A stretch of DNA of 64,000 bases from an uncultured Pelagibacteraceae bacterium (GCA_902542235.1 CACBTT010000002.1:15926-79925), one strand, 5' to 3'; counted from the stretch's first letter, positions 48,848 to 59,446 are shown. Translations and numbers: made by a program. The notes: generated from the letters alone by a model not told the origin.

Positions 48848-50529
48848 TGGACACAAAAAACGTAATAGCAGCAATCTCGTTAAGTGCAGCAGTAATAATT
48901 CTCTATGGACTAGTATTTGCTCCGCCAAGTCCTGATCCAAAGCAGATAACTAATATTGATCAAAATAAGAACAATCTTCAACTAAACGAGGCACCAAAAA
49001 TTGAGCAAAATATTGAGAATAATAAAATTTCTAGATCAGAGGCAATTAACAAAGTTGAAAGGATACTTTTTGAAAATGAAAATATTAAAGGTTCTATTTC
49101 TCTAGAGGGATCATTAATCGATGACCTAATTTTTAAGAAATACACTGAAACTTTAGACTCTGATGAAAATGTAGTTTTACTTAATCCAAAAGAGTCTGAA
49201 AATGGTTATTATATAGAGACAGGTTGGGCTATAAATAATAAAGATATTGAAGTTCCTAATTCAAATACAAAGTGGGAAGTTGTTGGCAACAAATTATTAA
49301 CACCGAACAATCCAATTAAATTAGTGTGGAATAATGAACAGAATATAAGTTTTGAAAAGGAAATAAGTATAGATGATAAGTTTTTATTTACTGTTAATCA
49401 AAAAATTACAAATAATACTCAAAGTACTTATAACTTTTATCCATATGGACAGATTATTAGAAACCTAGCTCCTGATGTAACTGATTTTTATATATTACAC
49501 GAAGGTTTACTAGGTGTTTTTGATGATAATCTTGTTGAGGAAGATTACGATGACATTAAAGACAAGAAGTATTCTGTAAATGCTAACAAAGGATGGATGG
49601 GTATTACAGATAAATATTGGATAACAAGTTTAATCCCAGAAAATAATAAAAGTTTTAGATCAGATTTCGATTATAAAAATAAATTTAAAGCCAATTTCAT
49701 AGAGACTGCTGCCACAGAAGTTAGGGCTAATGAAAGTAAAACTAATCAGGTAAAAGTGATTATTGCGGCGAAAGAAGTGGATGTTGTTGATGGTTATGCG
49801 GAAAAACTAAATATTAATAAATTTGATTTAGCAATTGATTGGGGTTTCCTGTATTTTTTAACAAAACCAATATTTTTGATATCCGATTATTTCTTTAAAT
49901 TAACTGGTAACTATGGAATTGCAATTATACTGATAACCGCTTGTATAAGAATATTATTTTTTCCTCTCGCTAACTACTCATTTAGATCAATGGCAAAAAT
50001 GAAAGTTCTTCAACCCGAAATGGTAAGGCTTAAAGAACTTCATAAGGAAGATAAAATGAAGTTACAGCAAGAAATGATGGCTCTTTACAAAAGAGAGAAA
50101 GTGAATCCTGTAAGCGGATGTTTGCCTATTTTAATTCAAATACCATTCTTTTTTGCAATTTATAAAATGTTATTTGTTACAATTGAAATGAGACATCAGC
50201 CTTTTTTTGGTTGGATACATGATTTAAGTGAAAGAGATCCAACGAGTTTATTTAATCTATTTGGTTTGTTACCTTATGATGTACCGTCATTTTTAATTAT
50301 AGGCGCTTGGCCAGTAGCAATGGGTGTAACAATGTGGATGCAACAAAAACTTAATCCAACACCACCAGATCCAATTCAGCAAAAGATTTTTATGTTTTTT
50401 CCTGTATTCTTAACAGTTATACTTGCACCTTTTCCATCAGGGCTAGTTATATATTGGACAATTAACAACGTGCTTACAATGGCACAACAGTATGTAATTA
50501 TGAAGAGAACTTCAGTTAAAACAGTTTAG
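48847..50529 (+). CDS. yidC: Membrane protein insertase
   Basis: IDWG, GNYGIAII, NPVSGCLP..IQIP, ELR-like IEMRHQPF, GLVIYW. Confidence 0.97.
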   Translation: MDTKNVIAAISLSAAVIILYGLVFAPPSPDPKQITNIDQNKNNLQLNEAPKIEQNIENNKISRSEAINKVERILFENENIKGSISLEGSLIDDLIFKKYTETLDSDENVVLLNPKESENGYYIETGWAINNKDIEVPNSNTKWEVVGNKLLTPNNPIKLVWNNEQNISFEKEISIDDKFLFTVNQKITNNTQSTYNFYPYGQIIRNLAPDVTDFYILHEGLLGVFDDNLVEEDYDDIKDKKYSVNANKGWMGITDKYWITSLIPENNKSFRSDFDYKNKFKANFIETAATEVRANESKTNQVKVIIAAKEVDVVDGYAEKLNINKFDLAIDWGFLYFLTKPIFLISDYFFKLTGNYGIAIILITACIRILFFPLANYSFRSMAKMKVLQPEMVRLKELHKEDKMKLQQEMMALYKREKVNPVSGCLPILIQIPFFFAIYKMLFVTIEMRHQPFFGWIHDLSERDPTSLFNLFGLLPYDVPSFLIIGAWPVAMGVTMWMQQKLNPTPPDPIQQKIFMFFPVFLTVILAPFPSGLVIYWTINNVLTMAQQYVIMKRTSVKTV

Positions 50530-50532
50530 TTG

Positions 50533-51381
50533 ATGGAATTAGATAAGATTATTCCAACAGATGGGCCAAATATTAATGAAGTTGAAAAATATATAAACAA
50601 ATATCAGTCTGAAGTTGTAGTAATTAAATGTGGTGGATCTGTTTTATTAGATAAAAAACTATTTAATCAGTTCATAGAGGATATTTCAGTGATAAACAAA
50701 ATCGGTTTATCAGCAATAGTAGTTCATGGTGGAGGAAAAAATATTAAAAAAAAATTAGATGAAAATAATATTGAAACAAGATTTATCAAAGGACTTAGGG
50801 TTTCAGACGAAAAAACAATAAGATATATAGAAGAGGCTTTGCTAGAGCTTAATTTAGAGATTTTACATGAATTAAAATCTAAAAACACTAATGTTTGTTC
50901 AATATCACCTAAAGAAAATAATATAATTAATATTATTCCTGAAAGTAAAGAATTGGGATATGTCGGGACACCAAAAAAAATTAACAAAGAGAAAATATTA
51001 AATTTTATAAAAAATAAACAAATTCCAATTGTTGTCCCTTTAGGATTGGGTGATGATGGTAGAATTTATAATATTAATGCAGATGTTGCTGCAGGTTCAA
51101 TCGCAAAGGAGATCGATGCTAGAAGACTTCTTTTGATGACAGATGTTGAAGGAGTTCTTGATCAAAATCAAAAACTTATATCTGAAATTAATCTCAATAA
51201 AGCCAATGAAATGTTAAAAAATAATATTATTTCTGGAGGTATGATACCAAAAATAAATACTTGTTTAGATGCAATATCTAATGGTGTTAGAGGTGTAGTT
51301 ATTGTTGATGGGAGAAAACCTCATTCAATACTATTTGAGTTATTTTCTGATAAGGGTGCAGGAACATTAATAAGAAAATGA
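50533..51381 (+). CDS. argB: Acetylglutamate kinase
   Basis: IKCGG, VHGGG, GLRV, NINAD, TDVEGV, GGMIPK. Confidence 0.95.
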   Translation: MELDKIIPTDGPNINEVEKYINKYQSEVVVIKCGGSVLLDKKLFNQFIEDISVINKIGLSAIVVHGGGKNIKKKLDENNIETRFIKGLRVSDEKTIRYIEEALLELNLEILHELKSKNTNVCSISPKENNIINIIPESKELGYVGTPKKINKEKILNFIKNKQIPIVVPLGLGDDGRIYNINADVAAGSIAKEIDARRLLLMTDVEGVLDQNQKLISEINLNKANEMLKNNIISGGMIPKINTCLDAISNGVRGVVIVDGRKPHSILFELFSDKGAGTLIRK

Positions 51382-52049
51382 ATAATCTAAAAAATATTAA
51401 AAATATTTTGTTCGACTGTGATGGTGTTTTATATAGTGATCTAGAAGCAGTTTTTGGCCAAGTTAGTAAGAGGATGACAAAATATATCTCAAATAAACTC
51501 AACCTAGATCTTGTAAAAGCTAAAGAATTACAAAGAGATTATTTTCACAAATATAACACAAGCTTAAATGGGTTGATGATACATCATGATATACCGCCGG
51601 AAGAATTCTTGGAGTATGTTCATGATATCGATCTTTCATTTATGGAAAAAGATCTTGTTTTAAGAAATGAGCTTGAAAACATAAATTTAAATAAATTCGT
51701 ATTTACAAACGGAAGTAAAGCTCACGTAAAAAATATAGTGAAAACTCTTGGTATTGAAGACCAATTTAAAGATATATTTGATATCGTAGATGCAAAATAT
51801 CACCCTAAGCCTGAAGCGAAAGCTTTTGATCTTATGGTTGATAAATTTAAGATTGATCCAAAAGAAACTCTTTATATTGAGGATATAGCTAAAAATTTAT
51901 CAATAGGTAAAGAGCGGGGTACAATAACAGCTTGGCTTATCAATAACGAATACTGGGGTAAAAAAGAGTCTGATAAAGATTACATCGACTATAAAATCGA
52001 AAATCTCTCTTTATTTTTAAAAGAAATAAGGTTATTAAAAAGTTCTTAA
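51378..52049 (+). CDS. Pyrimidine 5'-nucleotidase (HAD superfamily)
   Basis: FDCDGVLY, FTNG, KP, IEDIAKNL; usual neighbour of argB and dapD. Confidence 0.85.
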   Translation: MNNLKNIKNILFDCDGVLYSDLEAVFGQVSKRMTKYISNKLNLDLVKAKELQRDYFHKYNTSLNGLMIHHDIPPEEFLEYVHDIDLSFMEKDLVLRNELENINLNKFVFTNGSKAHVKNIVKTLGIEDQFKDIFDIVDAKYHPKPEAKAFDLMVDKFKIDPKETLYIEDIAKNLSIGKERGTITAWLINNEYWGKKESDKDYIDYKIENLSLFLKEIRLLKSS

Positions 52050-52053
52050 ATTT

Positions 52054-52881
52054 ATGAGCATAGAAAATATAATCAATGATGCTTGGGAAAATAGAGACCA
52101 AGTAAGTCCAAACTCAGATGAGAGTTTAAAAAATACCGTTAATCAAATTATTGATGACTTAGATAGTGGTAAAGTCAGAGTAGCTGAAAAAATTAATGGT
52201 GAGTGGGTAACACATCAACATATAAAAAAAGCAATTATGTTAAGTTTTAGAATGTATCCAATGGAAAATTTAAATGGCCCCTACAGTAGCTGGTATGATA
52301 AAGCGCATCTATTAAAGGGTAAAACTGCAGGCTGGTCTAAAGAAGATCACGAAAAAGCAGGGTTTAGAATGGTTCCTAATTCTCCTGTTAGAAGAGGATC
52401 GTTCATAGGTAAAAATGCAGTATTAATGCCATGCTATGTAAATATTGGAGCATGGATCGACTCCGGAACCATGATGGACACGTTTAGTCGTGCAGGTAGT
52501 TGTTGTCAAATTGGAAAAAATTGTCATATCTCTGCTGGCTCAGGGATTGGAGGAGTATTGGAACCGGCCCAAGCATTACCAACAATTATTGAAGATAATG
52601 TTTTTGTTGGTGCTATGTCGGAAGTTGTTGAAGGTGTTATAGTTGGAGAAGGCTCGGTATTAAGTATGGGGATGCTGATTACGCAAAGTACTAAAATAGT
52701 AAACCGTGCGACTGGTGAAATCACTTATGGTAAAATACCTCCATACTCGGTTGTTGTACCAGGTTCTCTTCCTGATAAAAAAAATCCATCTGCACCCTCT
52801 TTAAGCTGTGCAGTAATTATTAAACAAGTTGATGAGAAAACTAGATCCAAGACATCTGTTAACGATCTTTTAAGAGACTAG
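52054..52881 (+). CDS. dapD: Tetrahydrodipicolinate N-succinyltransferase
   Basis: GKVRVAE, VNIGA, GSCCQIG, GIGGVLEP, TRSKTSVNDLLRD. Confidence 0.95.
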   Translation: MSIENIINDAWENRDQVSPNSDESLKNTVNQIIDDLDSGKVRVAEKINGEWVTHQHIKKAIMLSFRMYPMENLNGPYSSWYDKAHLLKGKTAGWSKEDHEKAGFRMVPNSPVRRGSFIGKNAVLMPCYVNIGAWIDSGTMMDTFSRAGSCCQIGKNCHISAGSGIGGVLEPAQALPTIIEDNVFVGAMSEVVEGVIVGEGSVLSMGMLITQSTKIVNRATGEITYGKIPPYSVVVPGSLPDKKNPSAPSLSCAVIIKQVDEKTRSKTSVNDLLRD

Positions 52882-52885
52882 ATTA

Positions 52886-54028
52886 ATGAAAACTTTTAAT
52901 GAACTAAAGTTAGCTCAGGAGCTAATAAAATTTCAAACTATTAAAACAGAGGATAAAGGGATTATGAAATTCCTTTCAAAGAAACTTTCCTCATTAGGTT
53001 TTAAATGTCAGATAATAAAATCAAAAGGTACAGGTGCCAAGCCTGCATTAAATTTATATGCAAAATTTGGTAAATCAAAACCTAACATTAATTACTTGGG
53101 TCACACAGATGTTGTTGCTAACCTCAATAATTGGGGTTTTCCTCCATTTAAAGCAGTAGTAAAAAAAGGATATTTATATGGAAGAGGATCACAGGACATG
53201 AAAGGTAGTGTGGCATGTTGGATAAGTGCTGTAAGTAATTTTATTAAAAATAAAAAATTTAAAGGCTCTATATCAATAATAATTACAGCTGATGAAGAAA
53301 CTACAGGTCATGGTTGTCCAGCCGTTATGAAATATCTAAAGAAAAAAAAAGAAAAAATTGATTTTTCAATAGTAGGCGAACCATCTTCAAATAAATCAGT
53401 TGGAGATGAAATCAGAATTGGAAGAAGAGGTTCTATGAATGCAACAGTAACAGTGTATGGAAAAAGTGGACACTCTGCATTTTATGGGTCATATATAAAT
53501 CCATGTACTGCTCTTGCTAAAATAATATCTAAACTGAAAAGTGTTCCGCTAGACAAAGGAACAAAGTATATGCCACCATCAAATTTAGAATTTACAAAAA
53601 TGAATGTGGATAATATATCTGAAAATGTAGTCCCACAATCAGCAAGTGCTAAATTTAATGTTAGGTTTAACTCAACTTATAAATCAACATCTTTGAAAAA
53701 AAAACTTAGTAAAATTATTAATGCAGTTGCAAAAAAAGAAAATTGCAAAACAAAAATAGATTATAAAGTAAGTGGAGAAGCATTTTACACAGAGCCAAAT
53801 AAAGAAATTTATATGGTAAAAAAAGTTGTAAAAAAAGTTACAGGCAACAATGCAAAATTAAATTGTAGAGGTGGCACAAGTGACAGCAGATTTTTAGGTT
53901 CGATACCACGTCTTGAGCTGGGGTTGAGAAATAATACTATTCATATGGTTAACGAGAGAACATCGGTCTCAGATTTAAAAAAGTTAACTAAGATTTATAA
54001 GAATATCTTACACAATTATTTCACTTGA
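52886..54028 (+). CDS. dapE: Succinyl-diaminopimelate desuccinylase
   Basis: GHTDVV, GRG..DMKG, DEE, GEP, IGRRGS, GGTSD, IH..NE. Confidence 0.9.
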   Translation: MKTFNELKLAQELIKFQTIKTEDKGIMKFLSKKLSSLGFKCQIIKSKGTGAKPALNLYAKFGKSKPNINYLGHTDVVANLNNWGFPPFKAVVKKGYLYGRGSQDMKGSVACWISAVSNFIKNKKFKGSISIIITADEETTGHGCPAVMKYLKKKKEKIDFSIVGEPSSNKSVGDEIRIGRRGSMNATVTVYGKSGHSAFYGSYINPCTALAKIISKLKSVPLDKGTKYMPPSNLEFTKMNVDNISENVVPQSASAKFNVRFNSTYKSTSLKKKLSKIINAVAKKENCKTKIDYKVSGEAFYTEPNKEIYMVKKVVKKVTGNNAKLNCRGGTSDSRFLGSIPRLELGLRNNTIHMVNERTSVSDLKKLTKIYKNILHNYFT

Positions 54029-54954
54029 AAACCGCAATTATAACATCTGAATCTTCAGAAAAACATATAACAGGCGATGGTCATCCAGAGCAACCAAAGA
54101 GAGTGGTTTCAATAATTGATACTTTAAAAAAAAATAAAGAACTGCTTTGGGATAAGCCAGATGTTGTTCCTAATGATATTCTTAATATGACACATTCTGA
54201 AGATTATATTAATAATTTAAAAGACTCATTTCCTAAAAGTGGGTTAAATTTTTTAGATGGTGATACAGTTGTATCACCTGGAAGTAAAGATGCAGTATTT
54301 CAAGCTGCAGGATCAGCTATAAGTGCAATAGATGGAATTGAAAATAAAAAATATAAAAATGCTTTTTGTGTTGTACGACCACCAGGACACCATGCTGAAA
54401 AAAACAAATCAATGGGCTTTTGCTGTATTTCTAATGCAGGTGTTGCAGTTAATTATTTAATAAAAAAATATAATTATAAAAGAATTGCATGTGTAGATTT
54501 TGATGTTCATTGGGGGAATGGAAATTATGATGTAATGTATGATAATAAAAATTCACTTTATATATCAACACATCAATATCCATTTTATCCAGGTGGTGGT
54601 TCTGAAAAAGACAAGGGAAAGTATAATAATTCTCTTAATATACCTCTTCCTGCAGGCACAAATTCAGAAGAGTATTTTAATGCCTATGATAGAGTTCTAG
54701 ATAGGTTAATTGAATATAAGCCTGATTACTTAATCTTTTCTGCTGGCTTTGACGCCCACGAAAACGATCCATTAGCTCAATTTGAACTTTCGTCTAAAGA
54801 TTTTTATGAAATAACAAGAAGAACCCTGAAAGCCACTAATAAATTTACCAACGGAAAAGTAGTATCTTTATTAGAGGGTGGATACGACCTGAAAGCACTT
54901 GCTGAAAGCGCTAATTATCATGTAAATGCATTAATCGAGTCAGAAAATAAATAA
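54025..54954 (+). CDS. Zn-dependent histone deacetylase-family amidohydrolase
   Basis: HPE..R, RPPGHHA, GFC, DFDVH.GNG, SAGFDAH, LEGGY. Confidence 0.92.
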   Translation: MKTAIITSESSEKHITGDGHPEQPKRVVSIIDTLKKNKELLWDKPDVVPNDILNMTHSEDYINNLKDSFPKSGLNFLDGDTVVSPGSKDAVFQAAGSAISAIDGIENKKYKNAFCVVRPPGHHAEKNKSMGFCCISNAGVAVNYLIKKYNYKRIACVDFDVHWGNGNYDVMYDNKNSLYISTHQYPFYPGGGSEKDKGKYNNSLNIPLPAGTNSEEYFNAYDRVLDRLIEYKPDYLIFSAGFDAHENDPLAQFELSSKDFYEITRRTLKATNKFTNGKVVSLLEGGYDLKALAESANYHVNALIESENK

Positions 54955-54956
54955 TC

Positions 54957-55418
54957 ATGAAACTATATAAACAAAAATCATCGAATATTGATAACAGGGG
55001 ACTGTTTGCATCTAAAAATATAAAAAAAGGAACTAGGATTATTTATTATACAGGCAAAATAATTACAAAAAAACAAACCGAAAATAATCCAAAGTTTGAT
55101 AATGATAAAGCGATTTATCTTTTTAACTTAAATAATAGGTATGATTTAGACGGTGATTTTGCATACAATACTGCAAGACTTATTAATCACTCTTGTGATC
55201 CAAATTGCGAAGTTGAAGGCAAAGGTTTAAAATTATGGATTAGTTCTATTAAAGATATAAATAAAAATGAGGAACTAACCTATGATTATGGATTTAGTTT
55301 TGATGAAAACTATAAGGATTTTCCTTGTAAGTGTGGCTCCAAAAATTGTTGTGGCTATATAGTTAGAGAAGGATCAAGATGGAGAATAAAAAAGAAAAAA
55401 AAGAAATTTAATAAATAA
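54957..55418 (+). CDS. SET-domain protein-lysine methyltransferase with post-SET Cys cluster
   Basis: GLFA, ARLINHSCDPN, ELTYDY, CKCGSKNC. Confidence 0.92.
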   Translation: MKLYKQKSSNIDNRGLFASKNIKKGTRIIYYTGKIITKKQTENNPKFDNDKAIYLFNLNNRYDLDGDFAYNTARLINHSCDPNCEVEGKGLKLWISSIKDINKNEELTYDYGFSFDENYKDFPCKCGSKNCCGYIVREGSRWRIKKKKKKFNK

Positions 55419-56148
55419 CTTTCTCAAGATATAAACCATGCGCAGGAGCTATGGGAGCACAATTTTTTCTAGATTTTGATTTAAATATACTGGTAAATTT
55501 TTTTAAGTTCCATTTATTTTCACCAAGGTATTTTAGAGAACCAACCATAGATCTAACTTGACTCTTAAGAAATGATTTTGATACAAATTGAATTTTTATA
55601 ACATTTTTAATTTTGGTTATTTTTACATTCTTCATAGTTCTCACTGGACTTTTTGCAGCACAATTAGATGCTCTGAAAGTTGAAAAATCATGAGTTCCAA
55701 TTAACTTTTTAGCTCCTTTTTTCATCAAATCAACATTAATTTTTTTTTTAACATGCCACTCTCTATTAAAATTAATAACCGAAGGAGAAAGATCATTTCT
55801 AATTAAATAGGTATACCGTCTTTCTTTTGCAGAATATCTTGAATGAAAAAGTTTATTTTTTCTTTTAATTTTCAAAATGGATATTTTTTTTTTATTTAAA
55901 AAGAAATTAAGCGAATTTATTAGTTTATCTTTTTGAATAATCTTGTTTGTAGCATCAAAGTGTGCTGATTGCTCTTTAGCATGAACTCCTGTGTCTGTTC
56001 GTCCAGACCCGTAAATTTTTATTTTTTCTTTAAGCAATTTAGATAAGACAATTTCAATATTTTCCTGAATTGACTTACCTTTTTTTTGAATTTGCCAACC
56101 ATTGTATAAAGTGCCTTCGTATTCTACTAGAATCTGATATCTATTCAC
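55408..56148 (-). CDS. truA: tRNA pseudouridine(38-40) synthase
   Basis: GWQ.Q, GRTDTGVHA, GTHDFSTFR, APAHGLYL. Confidence 0.95.
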   Translation of the reverse strand: MNRYQILVEYEGTLYNGWQIQKKGKSIQENIEIVLSKLLKEKIKIYGSGRTDTGVHAKEQSAHFDATNKIIQKDKLINSLNFFLNKKKISILKIKRKNKLFHSRYSAKERRYTYLIRNDLSPSVINFNREWHVKKKINVDLMKKGAKKLIGTHDFSTFRASNCAAKSPVRTMKNVKITKIKNVIKIQFVSKSFLKSQVRSMVGSLKYLGENKWNLKKFTSIFKSKSRKNCAPIAPAHGLYLEKVIY

Positions 56149-57055
56149 TTGTAATTATTGTTCCTTTTCTAAACTTATTGCCTAATAAAAATTCTTTAAT
56201 TAATTGAGGATTCCTACCCTCTTTTTGTATCTTAATAATATTTATTGAATTTTCACCACATGCTATTGTCATTTGTTCATTAATTACTTCACCGATTGTT
56301 GCTGACTGCTTGTTTATTTTTGCTTTTAATATTTTATATCTCTTGTTGTTATGCTCAAACCATGCGCCAGGTTTTGGATATAATCCATTAATTTGAGCAA
56401 TAATTTTACTAGCACTATTATTCCAATCTATCTTTCCCTCTTTTTTTTGAATTTTCTCTGCATATGTGGCTTTTGTATGATCTTGCTCTTTAAATATTGC
56501 CTCTCCATCTAAAACTTTTTGTACATTTCCTAAAATTTTTTCTGCACTCAAATAAGATAATTTTTCAGATAAAATTTCTGCATTATCTTGGTCAAGAATA
56601 TCTATTGAATATTTATTACATACTGGTCCAGAATCTAATTTTTCATCAATTTTCATAAATGATATACCAGTTTTTTTTTCATTGTTTAAAATCGATCTTT
56701 GGATTGGTGCCGCTCCTCTCCATTTTGGTAATAATGAAGCATGAATATTCAAAAAACCTTTTTTACTCAAATCAAGAATTTTTTTTGAAATTAGCTGTCC
56801 GTATGCAACAACAATTACAAGATCTAAATTTAATTTTTTGAGATATTCAAATTCTTCATCAATTTTTTTTGGAGTTTTAATTTCTAGATTAAGTTCCTCT
56901 GCACATTTATGAATTGGCGATTTCGTAAACTTTTGACCCCTATTTGATTTACTTGGAGGCTGAGTAAATACACAGTTAATTTTATATTTTTGATTAATTT
57001 TTTTTAGAGTAGGTACAGCAAACAGTGGCGTACCCAAGAATACAATGTTTGACAT
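56141..57055 (-). CDS. fmt: Methionyl-tRNA formyltransferase
   Basis: GTP.FA, VVAYGQ, NIHASLLPKWRGAAPIQ, LDSGP. Confidence 0.96.
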   Translation of the reverse strand: MSNIVFLGTPLFAVPTLKKINQKYKINCVFTQPPSKSNRGQKFTKSPIHKCAEELNLEIKTPKKIDEEFEYLKKLNLDLVIVVAYGQLISKKILDLSKKGFLNIHASLLPKWRGAAPIQRSILNNEKKTGISFMKIDEKLDSGPVCNKYSIDILDQDNAEILSEKLSYLSAEKILGNVQKVLDGEAIFKEQDHTKATYAEKIQKKEGKIDWNNSASKIIAQINGLYPKPGAWFEHNNKRYKILKAKINKQSATIGEVINEQMTIACGENSINIIKIQKEGRNPQLIKEFLLGNKFRKGTIITSE

Positions 57056-57577
57056 TTAAACAACAACTCTATTAGAAGTTTTTTGTTTAGACAATTTTTT
57101 TATTATTAAATCTTTTTTGATTTTAGATAAATAATCAATGATTAGTTTTCCATCTAGGTGATTAATTTCATGTTGTAAACATGTTGAGAGTAGTCCATCA
57201 CATTCCATTTCTTTCTTATTACCATTTTCATCTATATAAGATACGGTACATATTTCAGGTCTCTCTATCTCAATAAAGGTATTGGGTATTGATAAACAAC
57301 CTTCCTCATATGTGGACATTTTTTCACTTAAAGTTTTTATTTGTGGATTAATAAAGCATAAAGGTTTTTTTTCATTTTCATTTTTTGAGACATCTAAAAC
57401 AACCACTCTTTTAAGAATTCCAACTTGAACAGCTGCTAAACCTATACCATTATGATGGTACATAGTTTCAAATAAATCTTTTATGAGTTTTTTTTCATTA
57501 ACATCAACTTTATTTAAAGGCTCAGATTTTTTTCTAAGAATATCATCGGGTACTGTGATTAGTTCTTTTACTGACAT
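57056..57577 (-). CDS. def: Peptide deformylase
   Basis: GIGLAAVQ, EGCLS, HEINHLDG. Confidence 0.97.
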   Translation of the reverse strand: MSVKELITVPDDILRKKSEPLNKVDVNEKKLIKDLFETMYHHNGIGLAAVQVGILKRVVVLDVSKNENEKKPLCFINPQIKTLSEKMSTYEEGCLSIPNTFIEIERPEICTVSYIDENGNKKEMECDGLLSTCLQHEINHLDGKLIIDYLSKIKKDLIIKKLSKQKTSNRVVV

Positions 57578-57591
57578 AGTTTATTTATTGT

Positions 57592-59331
57592 TTAGACTTT
57601 TAAAGGCAAGACTTCTATTAGAATTTCGTTCCTTAAATCTACATTTTTTAGCTCATTCATAGTTGAAACTAATAAATTCACAGTGTTTATATCTAGATCT
57701 TCAAGGTTACTTTCACCAACAATATCTACTATTTTAATTAATAATAAGCCTAACTCTCCATTCGATAGCATTTGTTTTATATCAGAGGAAAATTGATAAT
57801 TGTATTCATAAAGGTTTGAGTATTTTTTATCTATTTTTACGCCATCTGATTTAAGAGATTCAATAAGAATCATATCTTTTGTAGAAAAAACATATTTTTT
57901 GTTTCTTTTAATTTTTTTTAAAATATCGTTTGTTTCCTTTTCAGCTTTAGGCAAACTAGTTTTATTTAAAAAGTAATTTAATAATTTTGACTGATGTATT
58001 TTTTTATTATTAAATTTAATCTTTCTCTCTTTTTTTAAGTTATTGTCGGTATGATTTTCATAAAATGTAGTAAAATTTGAGGGAACATCTTCTTTTTTTA
58101 TTTTTTTTAATATTACTTTGATTTCATTATCAAACGCATTATCTAATTTTTTTTTTTGGAAAGATTTATATAATTCAGAAGCCATACTTAATCTTTGCTC
58201 GACATCAACAGATAAAAGTAATCTTTGATATAATAAAGCTCTGCCCTCATAATCTGGAAGTAGCTTATAAGCATCTTTGGCATTTAATAGTTGTGTTATG
58301 TTAAATTGAAATTTTTTATATGTATCTAATAATTCTCTCTCATCAAATACATTTTCATGAGTTGCTCTCTCTAATAATCTTAAATCTTCTGGATTTTCAA
58401 TATCAAAGGAATTTGCATTTTTAAGAATATTTGATGACGATAAATAACTCCAGATATATCTAGGTGAGTCCATTTTTGGCTCATAATTAAAATCATTATT
58501 TGTTTTATGAGATAAGTGAAAATATAAAATATTTTCGTCTGAAATTATTTCATCTTTGCTTGCATAACCCATTAGTATATTAAATTTATTTTCAAAAAAA
58601 GTATCAATCTCATCTAATTCTTTTGACAAATCAAAAAGTAGTTGAGCTTGTTCTTTTTTACCCTCAAGAATTAAACAATAAATTTTAAAATTATTTAAAT
58701 ATTTATCAGTAATAGCACCACTAATATTAAATATTTCACAAGCTTTTTTTACTTCAGAGTTTGAAAGAAAATATTCTGAATAAAATTTTATTAATTTATT
58801 TTTATTTGTAACTTCAGAATTATTGATTAAAAATTCTTTAATTAATTCAAAATCTTTTTTGTTTATTAAATGATTAAATTTAAACTCTAAAAATTCCTCT
58901 TCAGTAATATTATTTGTTGGAATATATGAATTTGTTAGTAAAGCTATGTCTAATATTTTTTTTGAAAATTCAGATAAGTTTCTATTTAAATTTTTATTTA
59001 ATATACTTTTAATTAACTCACCATCACTGTTCGACCACATGTCAATTTTTAAGCCATTCTGCGCAGGATCGTATAATCCAGCTAATTTTATTCTGGATGA
59101 CACGATTTCTTTATTTATCACTATCTCAGAACTAGATTGAACTGATAATGTTGTATTAGTATTTAGATTATTACTTGCGTTTATATTTGAGGTTGAATTC
59201 TCTTTGTTAATAACATCTTTTTTTTCAATTTTCCAAATATCGATTGGTTCATTTGCAGAAGAATAATTATAAAAAAATAAAATTAAGGTTATTTTGAAAA
59301 TAATTTTACTTAATTGTTTTAAAATTTTCAT
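57592..59331 (-). CDS. Hypothetical exported, helix-rich protein
   Basis: 579-aa ORF with signal-peptide-like N-terminus and GLYDP..NGL..DMW segment; no function recognised. Confidence 0.6.
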   Translation of the reverse strand: MKILKQLSKIIFKITLILFFYNYSSANEPIDIWKIEKKDVINKENSTSNINASNNLNTNTTLSVQSSSEIVINKEIVSSRIKLAGLYDPAQNGLKIDMWSNSDGELIKSILNKNLNRNLSEFSKKILDIALLTNSYIPTNNITEEEFLEFKFNHLINKKDFELIKEFLINNSEVTNKNKLIKFYSEYFLSNSEVKKACEIFNISGAITDKYLNNFKIYCLILEGKKEQAQLLFDLSKELDEIDTFFENKFNILMGYASKDEIISDENILYFHLSHKTNNDFNYEPKMDSPRYIWSYLSSSNILKNANSFDIENPEDLRLLERATHENVFDERELLDTYKKFQFNITQLLNAKDAYKLLPDYEGRALLYQRLLLSVDVEQRLSMASELYKSFQKKKLDNAFDNEIKVILKKIKKEDVPSNFTTFYENHTDNNLKKERKIKFNNKKIHQSKLLNYFLNKTSLPKAEKETNDILKKIKRNKKYVFSTKDMILIESLKSDGVKIDKKYSNLYEYNYQFSSDIKQMLSNGELGLLLIKIVDIVGESNLEDLDINTVNLLVSTMNELKNVDLRNEILIEVLPLKV

Positions 59332-59446
59332 TAGGCAAAGTCACTTCAATTTTTTTGTTGGGGGATGGGAAATCAATCTGACTCAAAACAACAATAGACA
59401 AAATCAATATAAAAAAAATAATTCCAGCTTTAATTGCAAATTTCAT
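59306..59446 (-). CDS. Unannotated 46-aa single-pass membrane protein
   Basis: Translated by hand: MKFAIKAGIIFFILILSIVVLSQIDFPSPNKKIEVTLPNENFKTIK*; upstream AAAGGA; overlaps the start of the 579-aa gene. Confidence 0.65.
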   Translation of the reverse strand: MKFAIKAGIIFFILILSIVVLSQIDFPSPNKKIEVTLPNENFKTIK

